A stretch of 63,952 bases of DNA, filler included, from Octopus bimaculoides (GCF_001194135.2; 7 parts of 7 records of this genome joined end to end with filler, not necessarily neighbours in it), one strand, 5' to 3'; counted from the first letter of the whole stretch, positions 39,142 to 52,735 are shown. Made by a program: numbers and translations. The notes: generated by a model from the sequence alone, not told the origin.

Positions 39142-39752
39142 TACTTTTGTTCCAGTTTTGAAAATAAAGGGCTTAGTAAACTATCTTTGTCGTTATTCAG
39201 CTGGTGTTGAGAAGATATATTAAGACAAAAATTTTGAAGGAAGGAGTTTTAGATCAGTTTAAAACAAGAGGCTTATATCATAAATGACTGAAACAAGTAA
39301 AAGAGAGATACATACACACACACCAATATCCTGACATATATGTATACATACGCACACACACAATATGCTGATATATACACTAACACAAGGGTGTTGGGTT
39401 GGTGTAATCGGTAGAGCATCAGATAACGTCTTGCAGTATTTAGTTCCGACCCTTTAGATTTTTGAGTTCAAATCCCTTCATGGTCAACTTTGCCTTTCAC
39501 ATCCCTCCAGAGTCGATAAAATAAAGTACCAGTGATCTACTGGGGTCGATGCTATCGACTGCACTCCCCATTCTCCCTTATATATTTATGGCCTTCTACC
39601 TATGCTACAAACAATTATAATATGTTGATATTATTATATATTTCACTTAAATGTCTATTTTTTTTTTTTATTTCAATTATTTTTTCCATGTTGTATAATT
39701 AATTCTGTGAATAAAAAACAAAACTCACTTCACTCACATCTGATATTCTCAA

Positions 39753-39807
<55 letters not shown>

Positions 39808-39959
39808 TTATGTTTGACTTTTGTTTTGCATTTGTACAAGTTGGATCCAAGTCTCACCCAGAGACCTCAAGTTAGAAGTTCATGTAGGTGTTATGCCTTG
39901 GGTACCATACATTTGGATTTGTACATAGTGTTGTTCTAGAGAATTATAATTTATTATCA

Positions 39960-39998
<39 letters not shown>

Positions 39999-40330
39999 GT
40001 TTGACTTTTGCTTTGCATTTGTACAAGTTGGATCCAAGTCTCACCCAGAGACCTCAAGAGACAACAAGTTAGAAGTTCATGTAGGTGTTATGCCTAGGGT
40101 ACCATATATTTGGATTTGTACAGTGTTGTTCTAGAGAATGTTTAAGAAACCATAAGAAAATTATGTGTTTGTTTTAAAATTTGAGATCACATAGACAGTA
40201 TTTTACGTAGAATATGGGCAGTTCCCATGAGCACTATCTTTTGAACCTCAGCCATTTGGGAGTTTCCTGGTATCTGAGCTAGGTAGTAATCAGCCCGTTT
40301 CGCTGTCATTCCCAGGGCACCTGTGACAAT
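39808..40330 (-). mobile_element. Two tandem R4/Dong-like 3' ends within (ATT)n
   Basis: 39808-39950 duplicates the 3' UTR at 39997-40140; the coding tail ..GALGMTAKRADYYLAQIPGNSQMAEVQKIVLMGTAHILRKILSM is present; (ATT)n at 39755-39807 and 39960-39996. Confidence 0.82.
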
Positions 40331-40574
40331 ATCGGTCAGTCCTCTCCAATATTTTAGACTTGTGCCTTTAGTAAAAAGTTTTATTATTACTTATATGTTT
40401 TAGATTCTAAAGTTTAGAATCTAAAATAAATTAATTATAAAAGAATTTAAACATTTCCTTGAGAGAGGTTTAATTGACTAATTGCGTGGGTAACGTTACT
40501 CGATCGGAGTTTTTTACTGGACCCGACACAATTTGTCCTACTAAAACATTTGTAAACTTTCGGTATTTTCCGTA

Positions 40575-41320
40575 GAATTTAAAAAGAGAGGAGAGAAAAA
40601 AGAAAGAGAGAGAAAAAAGAGCGTGTGGGCAAGAGAGAGCTACAAATATAGTGAGAGGAGGAGGAAGAGACTTTTTTTTATATATATATAGATAGATATT
40701 ATAGAGAGAGAGAGAGTAAGAGATACAGAGATAACGAGAGATACGGAGATATCAAGAGGGTATGAGATAGAGATACACAGAGACAGAGAGAGTGGGAATG
40801 AGAAAGATTCAAAGAGATAGAAAGAAGATGTGAGAGAAATATCTACAGAGACGGTAGAGGGTACATACAGAGTAAAAGAGTGATGGGGTGAGAGAGAGAG
40901 ACACACACACACACGCGCGCAAAGATAGACGGGATGTTAGAAAGACAGATACAGAAGAAGAGGGTGTGAGAGAGAGAAATACAAGGATAATGGAAGTGTG
41001 TTAAAGAGAAAAAGATAAAGAGACAGCAAAAGGTGTAAGGGAGAGAAAAAGAGAGAGAGAGAGAGAGAATGACACAAATTGTAAGAAAACGAAAAGAGAA
41101 AGACAGGCAAAGAGAGGGCGTATCTGTGTGTAAGAGAGAGACACTAAGTGGTGTAGGAGGGAAAGGGGAAGTGACAGTAAGAGGGAGTGAGAGTGAACAA
41201 CACAAATATAGTAAGTGATTGACAAAGAGAAACAAATAATATGAGAGAGGGTGTTGGAGATGGAAAGTGAGAGATTGAGAGAGACAGATAGAGGAAAGTA
41301 TAAAGAGTAATAGTGAGAGG
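40575..41320. repeat. About 750-bp purine-rich (GA)-type tract upstream of the ALYREF-like promoter
   Basis: Strong plus-strand A/G skew with degenerate GA repeats. Confidence 0.8.
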
Positions 41321-41699
41321 GTGACGTTGTCTCCGACAACGCCACGTTCGATGTCGTAACCAGTGTCGTAGTGAACCGAACGCCGAGATGTGGAGAAATA
41401 ATTTTTAAAAAATTCTTTTTAAAGTATAATTTTTTTTTTTACTTCTCTTACATAATATTTTATAATATCATTTTAAATTACTTTTAATTATATATATTTT
41501 AATTATATTGATAATAATTTAATTCATCTCTTTTTATGCTTCGTTACATTTTCAACCCAAACCATTTTCAGCTTCATCAATACTTGTTTTATATATTTTA
41601 TTTATTGTTTTTTTTCCCTTTCTGATTTTTCTTTCAGACATTATGAATATGTATCTTCCACATATTTTATAGAACACTAAGTGTTTATTATTTGAGAGA

Positions 41700-41890
41700 G
41701 ACTTTGAAACGTTGCTGCTATTTCTGGCAGACCCGTACGATCGACCGGCCTGCCTGCCCTTCCCTCCACGTCGCGGCTGTTGCTGGTTGCGTGTGTGTGT
41801 GTGTGTGTGTGTGCGCGCGCTTCCGGAATAATTCGTTGTTTTCCGTCCATTTCCGACAACAACAAGATACTAGACGTCGCGAAGATGGCG
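41700..41890 (+). promoter_or_regulatory. CpG-rich promoter/5' UTR of the ALYREF-like gene
   Basis: Local CpG enrichment in an AT-rich background; CTTCCGG ETS-like site near 41820; AAGATGGCG YY1-like motif over the ATG and repeated in the intron near 42053. Confidence 0.55.
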
Positions 41891-41912
41891 GATAAGATAG
41901 ACATGTCTCTGG
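41885..41912 (+). CDS. ALYREF: First coding micro-exon of an ALYREF/THOC4-like (or UIF/FYTTD1-like) mRNA-export adaptor
   Basis: aagATGG Kozak context; encodes MADKIDMSL plus one G, then GTGAGT donor (phase 1, consistent with the next D of the UAP56-binding motif MSLDDII). Lies in a CpG-rich promoter-like patch. Downstream exons not found, so ALYREF versus UIF is unresolved. Confidence 0.65.
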
Positions 41913-42211
41913 GTGAGTCCAGCCTTTTATATCCATCTTTTCCCTTTTTATATACACCTACTGCATTTCTCTACATACATGTCACTGACTTAACTATACA
42001 AATGTATGTATAATACACCCGTAAAGGGAGATATTTGTATATATACCCTGTAAGATGGCGTGGACGGGAGGTTTCGTGGTCGTTGTTTATTTAACTATCT
42101 CATAATATAAACATTCTCTGCCTTTGTACGGCAAGTATATGGTTTAAAAACGATCCAACCGTGACTATCCCCTTTTTTAGACCTCTTAATGTCTATTTTT
42201 ATTTTTGTTTT

Positions 42212-42826
42212 TACGTTTTTTACTTTCAAGTCACGGTGTAACTTGGGGGTAGATTTGACTGCTATTTCTAGCAGATCCAGCCACAACACAAGATCCCTTC
42301 GCAGACATAATCCACGACATTCCAACCGTGATCATCCCGCCTGGGTATTGTTGATGTAGACTTATTGTTTAGCCCTAGGTCAGTCAGTCCTGATTTAGGA
42401 GACGTATATGATCACAGCCAATCCAACCGTGACTACGCACGCCGATGTAACTTGAGGTAGATTTGACTGCTATTTCTAGCAGATCCAGCCACAACACAAG
42501 ATTCCCTCGGAGACATAACCAACGACATTCCAACCGTGATCATCCCGCCTGGGTATCGTTGATGTAGACTATTATTGTTTAGCCCTAGGTCAGTCAGTCC
42601 TGATTTAGGAGACGTATATGATCACAGCCAATCCAACCGTGACTACGTACGCCGATGTAACTTGAGGTAGATTTGACTACTATTTCTAGCAGATCCAGCC
42701 ACAACACAAGATTCCTTCGCAGACATAATCCACGACATTCCAACCGTGATCATCCCGCCTGGGTATTGTTGATGTAGACTTATTGTTTAGCCCTAGGTCA
42801 GTCAGTCCTGATTTAGGAGACGTATN
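42212..42826. repeat. About 208-bp tandem array (about 3 copies, runs into a gap)
   Basis: AGATTTGACT recurs at 42251, 42459 and 42669; the units are highly similar. Confidence 0.92.
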
Positions 42827-42925
42827 NNNNNNNNNNNNNNNNNNNNNNNNNNNNNNNNNNNNNNNNNNNTTAATTAATTAANNNNNNNNNNNNNNNNNNN
42901 NNNNNNNNNNNNNNNNNNNNNNNNN

Positions 42926-42968
<43 letters not shown>

Positions 42969-43218
42969 TCACAGATTTAACTTGGTTCTGTCATTTGACA
43001 GTGGCCATGCTGGGACATGGCTACTTGAGTTTTGTCAAACAAATTGATGCTAATATTGCTTATGCCTGATACTTAGCACATTAGTCTCTTTTGCCAGAAC
43101 TGCTAAGTTCACAGAGCAATAGTAGAAGGTACTTGCCCAAGATGCCACACAATGGGACTGAACCAGAAACCATGTAGTTGCAAAGCAAGCTTCTAACCAC
43201 AGATCCATATATAGTTAC

Positions 43219-43629
43219 TCACTTTACTCTTTTACTTGTTTCAGTCATTTGACTGTGGCCATGCTGGGGCACCGCCTTTAGTCAAGCAAATCGACCCCAG
43301 GACTTATTCTTTGTAAGCCTAGTACTTATTCTATCAGCCTCTTTTGCAGAACCGCTAAGTTACAGGGATGTAAACACACCAGCATCGGTTGTCAAGCGAT
43401 ATCGGGGGGGACAAACACAGACACACAAACATATACACACACATGCATATATATATATACATATATACGACAGGCTTCTTTCAGTTTCTGTCTACCAAAT
43501 CCATTCACAAGGCTTTGGTCAGCTCGAGGCTATAGTAGAAGACACTTGCCCAAGATGCCACGCAGTGGGAATGAACCCGGAACCACGTGGTTGGTAAGCA
43601 AGCTACTTACCACACAGCCACTCCTGCGC
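43219..43629 (-). mobile_element. tRNA-derived SINE (family 1)
   Basis: Closely similar to 38733-39141 over about 400 bp. Confidence 0.85.
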
Positions 43630-45054
43630 TTATTGTGCAATAAGTCTTTATATATCAAAAAGAAAAAAATCTACAACTATATATTAGGCAATAAAGTAGA
43701 TATATTAGACTGTATTATAGATTTAATCTCATAACAGTGAATTTATCTTACTGATTAGTTTCATTTTAAAGAAGCTTCTATGTGTGTAATGGTATGTTAA
43801 CAGTCATCATACATGGTTGAATGGAAGTGTATAAATTGGGCTCTTTATAACAAAGCTGACCCTTAAGCACATCTGAGTTATATCTCTTAGATGGTCCTTT
43901 TTTAGTTATTGTCCTACATGTCGGTATTCAAGTGGTAACTATCCACCCCAATATTTTTTATTTATGTGATTGTAGAATGGAGAGTGAGAGCTGGAGAGGG
44001 TAAGGGAGAAAGAGAGAGAGAGATAGGAAAGATAGATTGGGGAAAACATGCTTAGATGTGTGTGTGTATGTGTATGTGTGTAAGCACTTGGTGTGGGCAG
44101 GAGGGTACCTTTTTACAGTGAGAGGACTTTAAATGAGACATGAACCAAATCTTACTATTAGGATGTAACTGACCTGTTGACTAAGATATATTTTTGTGAT
44201 GAGGTCAAGGGGGGAAATTTTCAAGTCTAGAGTTCAGTAAGACCCCCGGTTGGAACAAATTCTTCTGAATAGTCCTTTTCTCTGCTAAACTATGTCTTCA
44301 CCTCTTATTACAGTTGAAGTAAAATTTGCAATTTTCCAATAATCTCCAATTGAAATATTGTGCAGTTTTCTTTTTCATTACCTGTGTGTATCTCACCTAT
44401 GTTGCTATGTTGTGTCTCTCCTGGATTTCATAAAAAGGGCTTGAGTCTGGTTTTAAAAGCACTTTTTGTTGCACCCACATCTCTATACATGTATTGTACA
44501 GAATCCTATATTACTACCTCTGCCTCATTTACCACAGCCTCTATGTTACACTGGACATTTAATATGCATGTAACATCACCTTTGCATGAACAGCCTGACT
44601 TTGCAGGCCTTTTTACTAAAATTTGGTTTATATTGCAAGGTGAATGAAAGACACACAAAGCATGTCAATTAGAAGTTTTCCTGTACATATGTACCAGTGG
44701 AAAATGTTACCTTCACAAGAATTAACATTAAGAGGAAACGAGGATGCTAGCCATATAGCATTAAAGTAACACTTTCTCATCATCATCATTTAACATTCAT
44801 TTTTGCAATCTTGCATGGGCAGACAGAGTTATTTGAGGCAAATTTTCTATAGTCAGTCAGATGTCTGTCCTGTTGCCAGCCCTCATCTGTTTCTAAGCAA
44901 GGTAATAATATTTTCCTATGAGCTAGACATGTTTTTCACAGAAAACTAAAAACAAAGAAGTTCACTTGTGTGAGAATGTTGTTCATTTACTATCCTCACA
45001 TGATGTCTTGTCAAGGGTACTCACAAACACACACATGCATATATATGCTGTAAT

Positions 45055-45662
45055 TGCAGAGGATATGCAAAGACTTGAAAGAAGCTAATATGTGCGATGA
45101 AGCTGGATGTGCAATGTCAGTGTGCACATATAGCAGAGTGTAAGTGTCTTAAGAGAAAAATTGGGTATGAGAGGCATCAGATGTAGTGTGCAAGAGAGAA
45201 GACTGTGCTGGTATGGCCATGTGATGTGTCTGAATGAGGACAGCCATGTACAGAAGTGGCAATCTGTAAATGTGGAGGAAACCTGTGGAAGAAGTCAACC
45301 CGGCAAGACATGGGATAAAGTGGTGAAATCTAATCTTCAAGTGTTGAGTCTCACGAAGGTGATGACAAGTGACCAAGGCTTTTGGCAACTTGCTGTGCTT
45401 GAAAAGACACATCAAGCTAACTAGTTGTGGCCAGTACCAGTGGCACATGAAAGGTACTTGTGCCAGTGACATGTATAAGGCACCCATATCAGTGGTATGT
45501 AAAAGATATCCACTCTGTGGAGTGGTTGGCATTAGGAAGAGCATCCAGCCATAGAATTCAAGCCAAAACAGGCAGAAGTCCAGTGCATCTCTCCAGCTTA
45601 CCAGCTCCAGTCAAACTGTCTTACCCATGCTAGCATAGAAAATTGAACCCTAAATGATGATC
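45055..45662 (+). mobile_element. RTE LINE 3' fragment
   Basis: ORF 45161-45424 RCSVQERRLCWYGHVM..EETCGRSQPGKTW, followed by the RTE 3' UTR and tail. Confidence 0.85.
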
Positions 45663-45806
45663 ATATATAATGTTATCCTTTAGGGTGACAATCTCAAAAG
45701 AAACTATGTCTGGCCACTTAGAATAAAGTTCCCAATGAGCCATAGGTAAAACGCAATTTATATTTTGTCAGACTAACAATTATGGATTAAATATTTCAAA
45801 TATATA

Positions 45807-47048
45807 CAGGGTGCGTAAGGTATTTGAGGACATACCATTTCGGGGTCATTGCTGCACTTTTTGCTAACTCTGTATAATCTTTGTTTCAGAAAATAATAAT
45901 GGCAGACTCTCAGCTTACTCAAGAAATGAAGAGGCATACTGTTATTGTGGTTATAAAGGCTGAGCACAGCGATTTAGAAATATCTCGATTTTTTAAAGTT
46001 GCCAGATCTTTCATCCACAAAGTTTGTAGATGGAAACATATCACCGGTATCAGAGCATAAAAAGCATTCTAAATGCTCTGAAATCATCAGAACACCTGAA
46101 CTTATCCAGCAAGTTCAACAGACCATTGATTATAATCCCAGAAAGTCTATGAGGTCAATTGCACAAGATCTCCATGTGTCAGAAGGAACTGTCAGAAATG
46201 TTGTCTACAAAGACATCAGATATAAGTCTTATATGATGAGGAAAGGCCAGTTTGTCAGAAAAGGCAAAATAAAATCACTACATCAGATCTAAAAGGTTCT
46301 TAAACAATCTGAAAAATCCAACAGAAGATTTGATTTGATTTTTCTCAAATGAGAAAAACTTCGACCAAGATCAAAAAGTTAACAGAAGAAATGACAGATG
46401 GTTATGTGCAGACCTTTCTGAAGTTCCAAGTGTTATACATACAAAATTTCCTGCAACTGTCATAGTTTTAGGGGTTGTCAGCAATGAAGGACATGTGATG
46501 CCTCCTTACTTCTTTCCACAAGGCCTTAGATTTAACTCTGCTGTTTACATTGAGATCCTGGAAATAATTGTTAAGCCCTGGATAGACAGTGTATGCAATG
46601 GAAAGCCATATGTGTTTCAGTAAGACTCTGCAGTATCACACATGTCTCTATTAACACAGGAATGGATGGCTGAAAATTTTCATGGTCACATAACCCCTAA
46701 CATTTGACTTCCTAATTCTCCAGATCTCAATCCATTGGACTATTACATGTGGAGCGTTGTTGAGAGAGAGGTCAATGAACATGCCCATAACACCAAAGAT
46801 TCTTTGAAAGCTGCCATAGTCAGAGTAATGTCCAAAATGAACCAGGACCACTTGATTCGAGCATGTAGATGATTTAGATCTCATATAGAAGCAGTTTTTG
46901 AAGCTGAAGGTGGCTTTCTTGAATAACATTATAGAAAAGAAGGTTTATGTTTATCCTCATAACATTTCTTGATAAATAAAGTTATCTGTTATTACATATC
47001 TGTTTTTTTATAAACATAAATCTTTCCTCAAATGTCTTACATACTCTG
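45807..47048 (+). mobile_element. Near full-length DD37D (maT/Bmmar1-like) Tc1/mariner-superfamily transposon, inactivated
   Basis: TA on both flanks; imperfect TIRs CAGGGTGCGTAAGGTATTTGAGGA and reverse complement CAGAGTATGTAAGACATTTGAGGA. Transposase from ATG 45899 has FSxEKNF, VFQ*DSA and (W)LPNSPDLNPLDY; catalytic D at 46624 and D at 46738 are separated by 37 residues. Several stops and frameshifts. Confidence 0.9.
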
Positions 47049-47168
47049 TATAATGCATAAACAGAACCTGAGATCTTGCTTTAAGATTCATGGCGTGTTT
47101 TATAAATATGCCTCTTCGAGTATCATAATAGCATGAAACTATTAGTATCTCTTTCAGCTGTGTATTTA

Positions 47169-47201
<33 letters not shown>

Positions 47202-48785
47202 GCGTGTTGTGTTTGTGTATGTATGAGTATGTATGCATGCAGTTAAGAAGCTTACTCCCCACCATCACTGCTATCTTTCTTCTTTATCTTCATCTTTCCA
47301 ATTGTCACTACTTACTCTTACAATGTGAGATAGCTGTGTGTCCCCCTCTGTCATACCTTAGCTCCTTAGCACCTGGCATAAAGTCACCTTCTCCTTCCTA
47401 AGAACTTAGCCACGTGAACTTTCCTCTTTCCTCATATTCTCTGCCTTCCAACTTACTTGGCAATCTCACTAGTGCCTGTGGTGAAAAAAAAAAGAAGCAC
47501 TCAGCATGCATTGTCTGGTGGCTGGCATTAGGAAGGGCATACAACCATACAGCCATACAAAACATGCCAATGTTGACACTGAAGGCAAACGCAGCCTTGC
47601 TGCATGCCATATCCTATCAAACTGTCCAACTCATGCCAGCAGGGAAAATAGACATTAAATGATGGTGATGACGATGACAACAATGATGCTGATGGTGGTG
47701 GTGGTGGTGGTGGTGGTGGTGGTGATGGTGATGGTGGTGATGATGATGACATGTATCTTTGGTGTCATGGGTCTGTCCCTGACCTCACTACTTGGCCACC
47801 AGTATAGGTTTGTTTATGTCCCCATAACTTAGCAGTTCAGCAAAAGAGAATATTGGTTTCAAATTTTGGCACAAGGCCAACAACTTCAGGGGAGGAGGTA
47901 AGTCGATTATATCAACCCCAGTTCTTGAATCACACTTATTTTATCGATCCAGAAAGGATGAAAGGCAAAGTTGGCCTTGCTGGGATTTGAACTCAGAATG
48001 TAAAGACAGACAAAATATCACTAAGCATTTTTGCCCAGCGTGCTAATGATTCCACCAGGATGCTGCCTTAGACTTAATAAATATTGGGGTTCACTTGTTT
48101 GACTTAAAACCCTTCAAGGTGCCACTCATGCAGGATTTACTTGGGAGATAAACAATAACGGTCTTTGCTGTTTTGGGGGAATAATTGACCTAAGGATTGC
48201 ATCATAATGCCCTTGACTTTCCTAACGCCTCAACTGTGAGCTACACCACCACCATCACCACCACCACTACCACCATCACTATACCATCATCACCACCACC
48301 ATCACCACATCAACAACAAATCTTTGTTAATTAGTATGTTAAAGCTTGAAATTCACTGTGACTAACAAAAACAAATGCTATTGACTCTAGTGCAAGAAAA
48401 CAAAAGAATATAGCTGTTGTAATGTAATTAGCAATTGAAATTAAATTATATAATAAGTCATGCCATAACTTTAAACAAAAGACTGGTCGTTTTGTAATCT
48501 TGTAATTATCTGAAAGTAGTGTCCTCAGTTTATGTATTCATATATGTATGAATGTATGTATGTATGTATGTATGTATGTATGTATGTATGTATGTATAGA
48601 TTGTGTATATAGATAATATCATTTCCACTCCATTTTTTCCATCTAAAACTTTCACTGAGTGTCAATCTGATATATTCACAATGTACATCTAATTAAATTC
48701 TGTTGTTTTTCCTGTTTTGGGTTTTGATTTGCCCCCACCCACGCATGTATCTATGTATGTGTGTGTTTGTGTATATATTTATATA

Positions 48786-49620
48786 TTGGCTCATCCCATA
48801 AATAATGCGGTTTTTTATACTTCTTTTATGTTTCAAAATTAATATAAACAAAGTTCTTTTTTAATCTAAACTATACTCTCCTCCATTTTCTACAATGCTC
48901 CTCTATCTATCTGGTAGACTTGCAAGGCCCCTCTTCTAAAATTCACTTGTCCATGATGAAAAATACTCCTCCAGTACTCTTCTGACCTTGTCTACAAAAT
49001 TCATATTTTATTCATCCAAACGATTTTGTAGACTGTGGAATAAATGATAATCACATGGGGCAAAGTCTGGCAAATATGGTGGATGGGGCATCGTTTCCCA
49101 TTCAAACTGCTCCAGCCTTTGGAATTGACATTGTATGTGGCTGAGCATTATCCTGATGGAAGAACACCTTTCGTCTTGAAACCAAAGATGGTCATTTTCC
49201 TTCTAGCACTGACTTAAGCTACCCAAGCTGCTCACAGTAGATTTCTGTTGTTATCATTTGGTTTGGGTTTAAAAGTTCAAAGAGGACTAAACCTTTTATA
49301 TTGCACTAAACAGATAGCAACACCTTATATGGGTGAAGACCTTCTTTAGCCTTGTGTGCCGGTGTTTCTCCTTTCTCTACCCACTATCTTTGGTGCTTGA
49401 CATTCTTATAGAGAACCCATTTCTAGTCACCAGTCACTATTTGGTTAAAAAAAAAAGGTTCATTCATGAGACATGACACCAAAGAAGAGCACACATTCAC
49501 TCATGTGTGCATGAATTTGTGAGGAACCCATTGATCCAATTTGATGACTTATGTGATGACACACAGGAGTCAATGAATGGTTGAATGCAACTGAAAAAAA
49601 ACTGCATTATTTATGGGATG
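48786..49620 (-). mobile_element. Second mariner remnant (different family)
   Basis: TA plus TTGGCTCATCCCATAAATAATG terminus. Minus-strand motifs KLDQWVPH, IVTGD*KW, VFFHQDNAQPHT and HPPYLPDFAPCDYHLF, with frameshifts. Confidence 0.85.
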
Positions 49621-49689
49621 ACCTAATGTGTGTGTGTGTATGTGTGTGTGTGCGTGTGTGTGTATGCTGCTCCACTATATAACAATTCC

Positions 49690-50180
49690 CCTAAAGCAAA
49701 CATATTTAAAGAAGAAATAGCTTACACACCTACTATTAGACCAGAAATAAAGAAAAGAAAACATGGACACAGGAAAATTATCTGGTTCACACCCCCTTAC
49801 TCCCCTGAAGTGACCTTTAATATAGGTTAATATTTCTTGTTACTTATAGACAGACATTTTCCAATACATTATAAATATAGAAAATTCTTTAATAGGCATA
49901 ACCAAAAAATTAGTTTTAATTCCACCCCAAACTTTAAAGCATAATTACACACAATGCAACACAACAACACGAAGCTGGCTGTTCCCGCAGGGTAAAAGAC
50001 TTGTGCAGACTAAATGGAACCTGTATGACTGAGGCCATTATTTATGAAACCACCATAATTTCCACGAATGCTAATAATAGTTTCATCCAAGAGATATGTA
50101 GGTCTCACAGAGGGAAATTTCAGAGCAAGATTCAACAATCACACCTTAAACTTCAGACACTGGAATAAACGAAAAGCTAG
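49690..50180 (+). mobile_element. Penelope-like element remnant (C-terminal/GIY-YIG region)
   Basis: RKIIWFTPPYSPEVTFNIG..LIDRHFP..FNRHNQKIS, CRLNGTCMTEAIIYE, RYVGLTEGNFRARFNNH. Confidence 0.75.
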
Positions 50181-50194
50181 AACATTCATATTGC

Positions 50195-50510
50195 CAGACA
50201 TCTCGGTCCACTGTCAATTCCTCTGTGAGTCCCAACATCCTGAGATCAGTACTCACCACTTCATCCCATGTCTTCCTGGGTCTTCCTCTTCAACAGGTGC
50301 CATCTACTTTCACTGACTGGCATTTCTTTATACAGCTGTCTTCGTTCATACGCATCCCATGTCCAAAGTCTCTTCTCTCTTGCATGCTGCATTTGATTCC
50401 TCTTATGCCCAACTTTTCTCTCAGCACATTTGTGCTTTGTCATTCATGCACATTGATGCTGCACATCCAGTAGAGCATACTGCCTTCATTTCTCTCTAGT
50501 CTACGTATGT
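50195..50510 (-). mobile_element. RTE LINE ORF2 C-terminal fragment
   Basis: RRLERNEGSMLYWMC and GTC*RGRPRKTWDEVV motifs. Confidence 0.75.
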
Positions 50511-52324
50511 AAAGCAGGAGGGGAGAATTTATGACAGCCGTAACTTGCCTGAAGATTCTGTTCACTAATAGGTGAAACTCAGAATAGCAAAAGACTGACT
50601 TAACGAACATGAAATACATTATCAATCTGTATATGGTACTGAGTAGTATTTCCCCAATATTTAACAATAAATGGATACACTCCTCTCCCAGCTGAGGGGT
50701 CTTTGTCAAGCAAGTTACTTGACAACCCTGTTGGTGTTGGTGCCACATAAAAAGAACTAGTGCTGGTACAACATGAAGAGCACCCAGTACACTGTAAAAT
50801 AGTTTGTCTTTAGGAAGTACATCCAGTCATAGAAACCATGTCAAAGCAGACAACAAAGCTGGCAGTTCTCTGGCTTGCCAGCTCCTTTGGGACTGTCTAA
50901 CCCATGCCAATATGGAAAAAGGGTATTAGATGATGACAATGATACATACACACACACACACATATATATCCTCTGATGGAAATATATNNNNNNNNNNNNN
51001 NNNNNNNNNNNNNNNNNNNNNNNNNNNNNNNNNNNNNNNNNNNNNNNNNNNNNNNNNNNNNNNNNNNNNNNNNNNNNNNNNNNNNNNNNNNNNNNNNNNN
51101 NNNNNNNNNNNNNNNNNNNNNNNNNNNNNNNNNNNNNNNNNNNNNNNNNNNNNNNNNNNNNNNNNNNNNNNNNNNNNNNNNNNNNNNNNNNNNNNNNNNN
51201 NNNNNNNNNNNNNNNNNNNNNNNNNNNNNNNNNNNNNNNNNNNNNNNNNNNNNNNNNNNNNNNNNNNNNNNNNNNNNNNNNNNNCAGACCTGGTACTATT
51301 CAGCTACAGTAATCACCTCACTACAGAAATTGGCACTTATCACCAACCCTCTCACTTCTTATTTCTTATTTTTTTACTACCCACAAGGGGCTACACACAG
51401 AGGGGACAAACAAGAACAGACAAATGGATTAAATCAATTCTCTCGACCCCAGTGCGTAACTGGTACTTAATTTATTGACCCCAAAAGGATGAAAGGAAAA
51501 GTCGACCTTGGCGGAATTTGAACCCAGAACGTAAAGACAGACGAAATACCACTAAGCATTTCACCTAGTGTGCTAATGTTTCTGCCAGCTCACTGCCTTC
51601 CTAAGCATTTCACCCGGCATGCTAACCTTTCTACCAGCTCACCATCTCATTTCTGGTTACCTCCCTCCTTCCTCCTGTCTTCTCAGGACCACATTCATTC
51701 CTCATTGACACCCCTGCCTACATTTATTCCCACCAATCACCTCCTTGCTGTGCCTTTAGCCACTGCTCTCCCCCACTGCACAATACTCCATTCTTAACAC
51801 TTCTCTTATCCCATATTATTCTCAAAGCTCTCTCATGACCCACTGTCTGTATCTTCTCTTATGCTCAGCATCTTGTACCTTGAGAGTTTGTTCTAGCACC
51901 ACATCACTACCTTCCTTTTATCTCCTTCGGCTTTGTACCACCTCTACACAAAGACACCTCTGCTGTCCCTCTATCATACTTTAGCTTTTTGACACCCTAA
52001 TTAATTCTACTGGCCTTAGTAAATATATATGGGAACTAAAATCTAAAAGCATTAAGTACAATTTAAATTAATTAATTTAGCCTACTCACTAAAATCATGA
52101 TGAAGTATATATACGACTTAGTAACTTCAATAAAGAAGATTTATAGAAAATATGTAATAATTCAAGTATCTAAAACTAAAATTGTTTATTTACTTAATTA
52201 GCTTGTATCTATAACGACTGCAGCCCAATATTAACTAAAGGAAAATTAATGCTATAGGGCATGCTACCTATGCACTGATTATAAACTTAGAAGTACATAA
52301 TAGGTTTTAAATCACAAGATTTAA

Positions 52325-52394
<70 letters not shown>

Positions 52395-52395
<1 letters not shown>

Positions 52396-52735
52396 TACCT
52401 ATTGTCATAGGTGCCCTGGGAATGACAGCGAAACGGGCTGATTACTACCTAGCTCAGATACCAGGAAACCCCAAAATGGCTGAAGTCCAAAAGATAGTGC
52501 TCATGGGAACTGCCCATATCCTACGTAAAATACTGTCTATGTGATCTCAAATTTTAAAGCAAACATAATTTTCTTATGGTTTCTTAAACATTCACTTGAA
52601 CAAAACTGTACAAATCCAAATATATGGTACCCTAGGCATAACACCTACATGAACTTCTAACTTGTTGTCTCTTGAGGTCTCTGGGTGAGACTTGGATCCA
52701 ACTTGTACAAATGCAAAACAAAAGTCAAACATAAA
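52395..52735 (+). mobile_element. R4/Dong-like LINE 3' end within (AAT)n
   Basis: IVIGALGMTAKRADYYLAQIPGNPKMAEVQKIVLMGTAHILRKILSM-stop; near-identical to the reverse complement of 39997-40330; (AAT)n on both sides. Confidence 0.85.

Noticed and set aside
44280-44650. ORF 44360-44647 and a faint minus-strand RT-like phrase (VQYMYRD, YSEEF)
   Set aside because: No splice-supported frame, and the similarity is too weak to call.
48613-48690. DNII.. (48613) and DDIT.. (55308) as ALYREF-like exon 2
   Set aside because: No polypyrimidine tract, early in-frame stops, and no RG-rich continuation.
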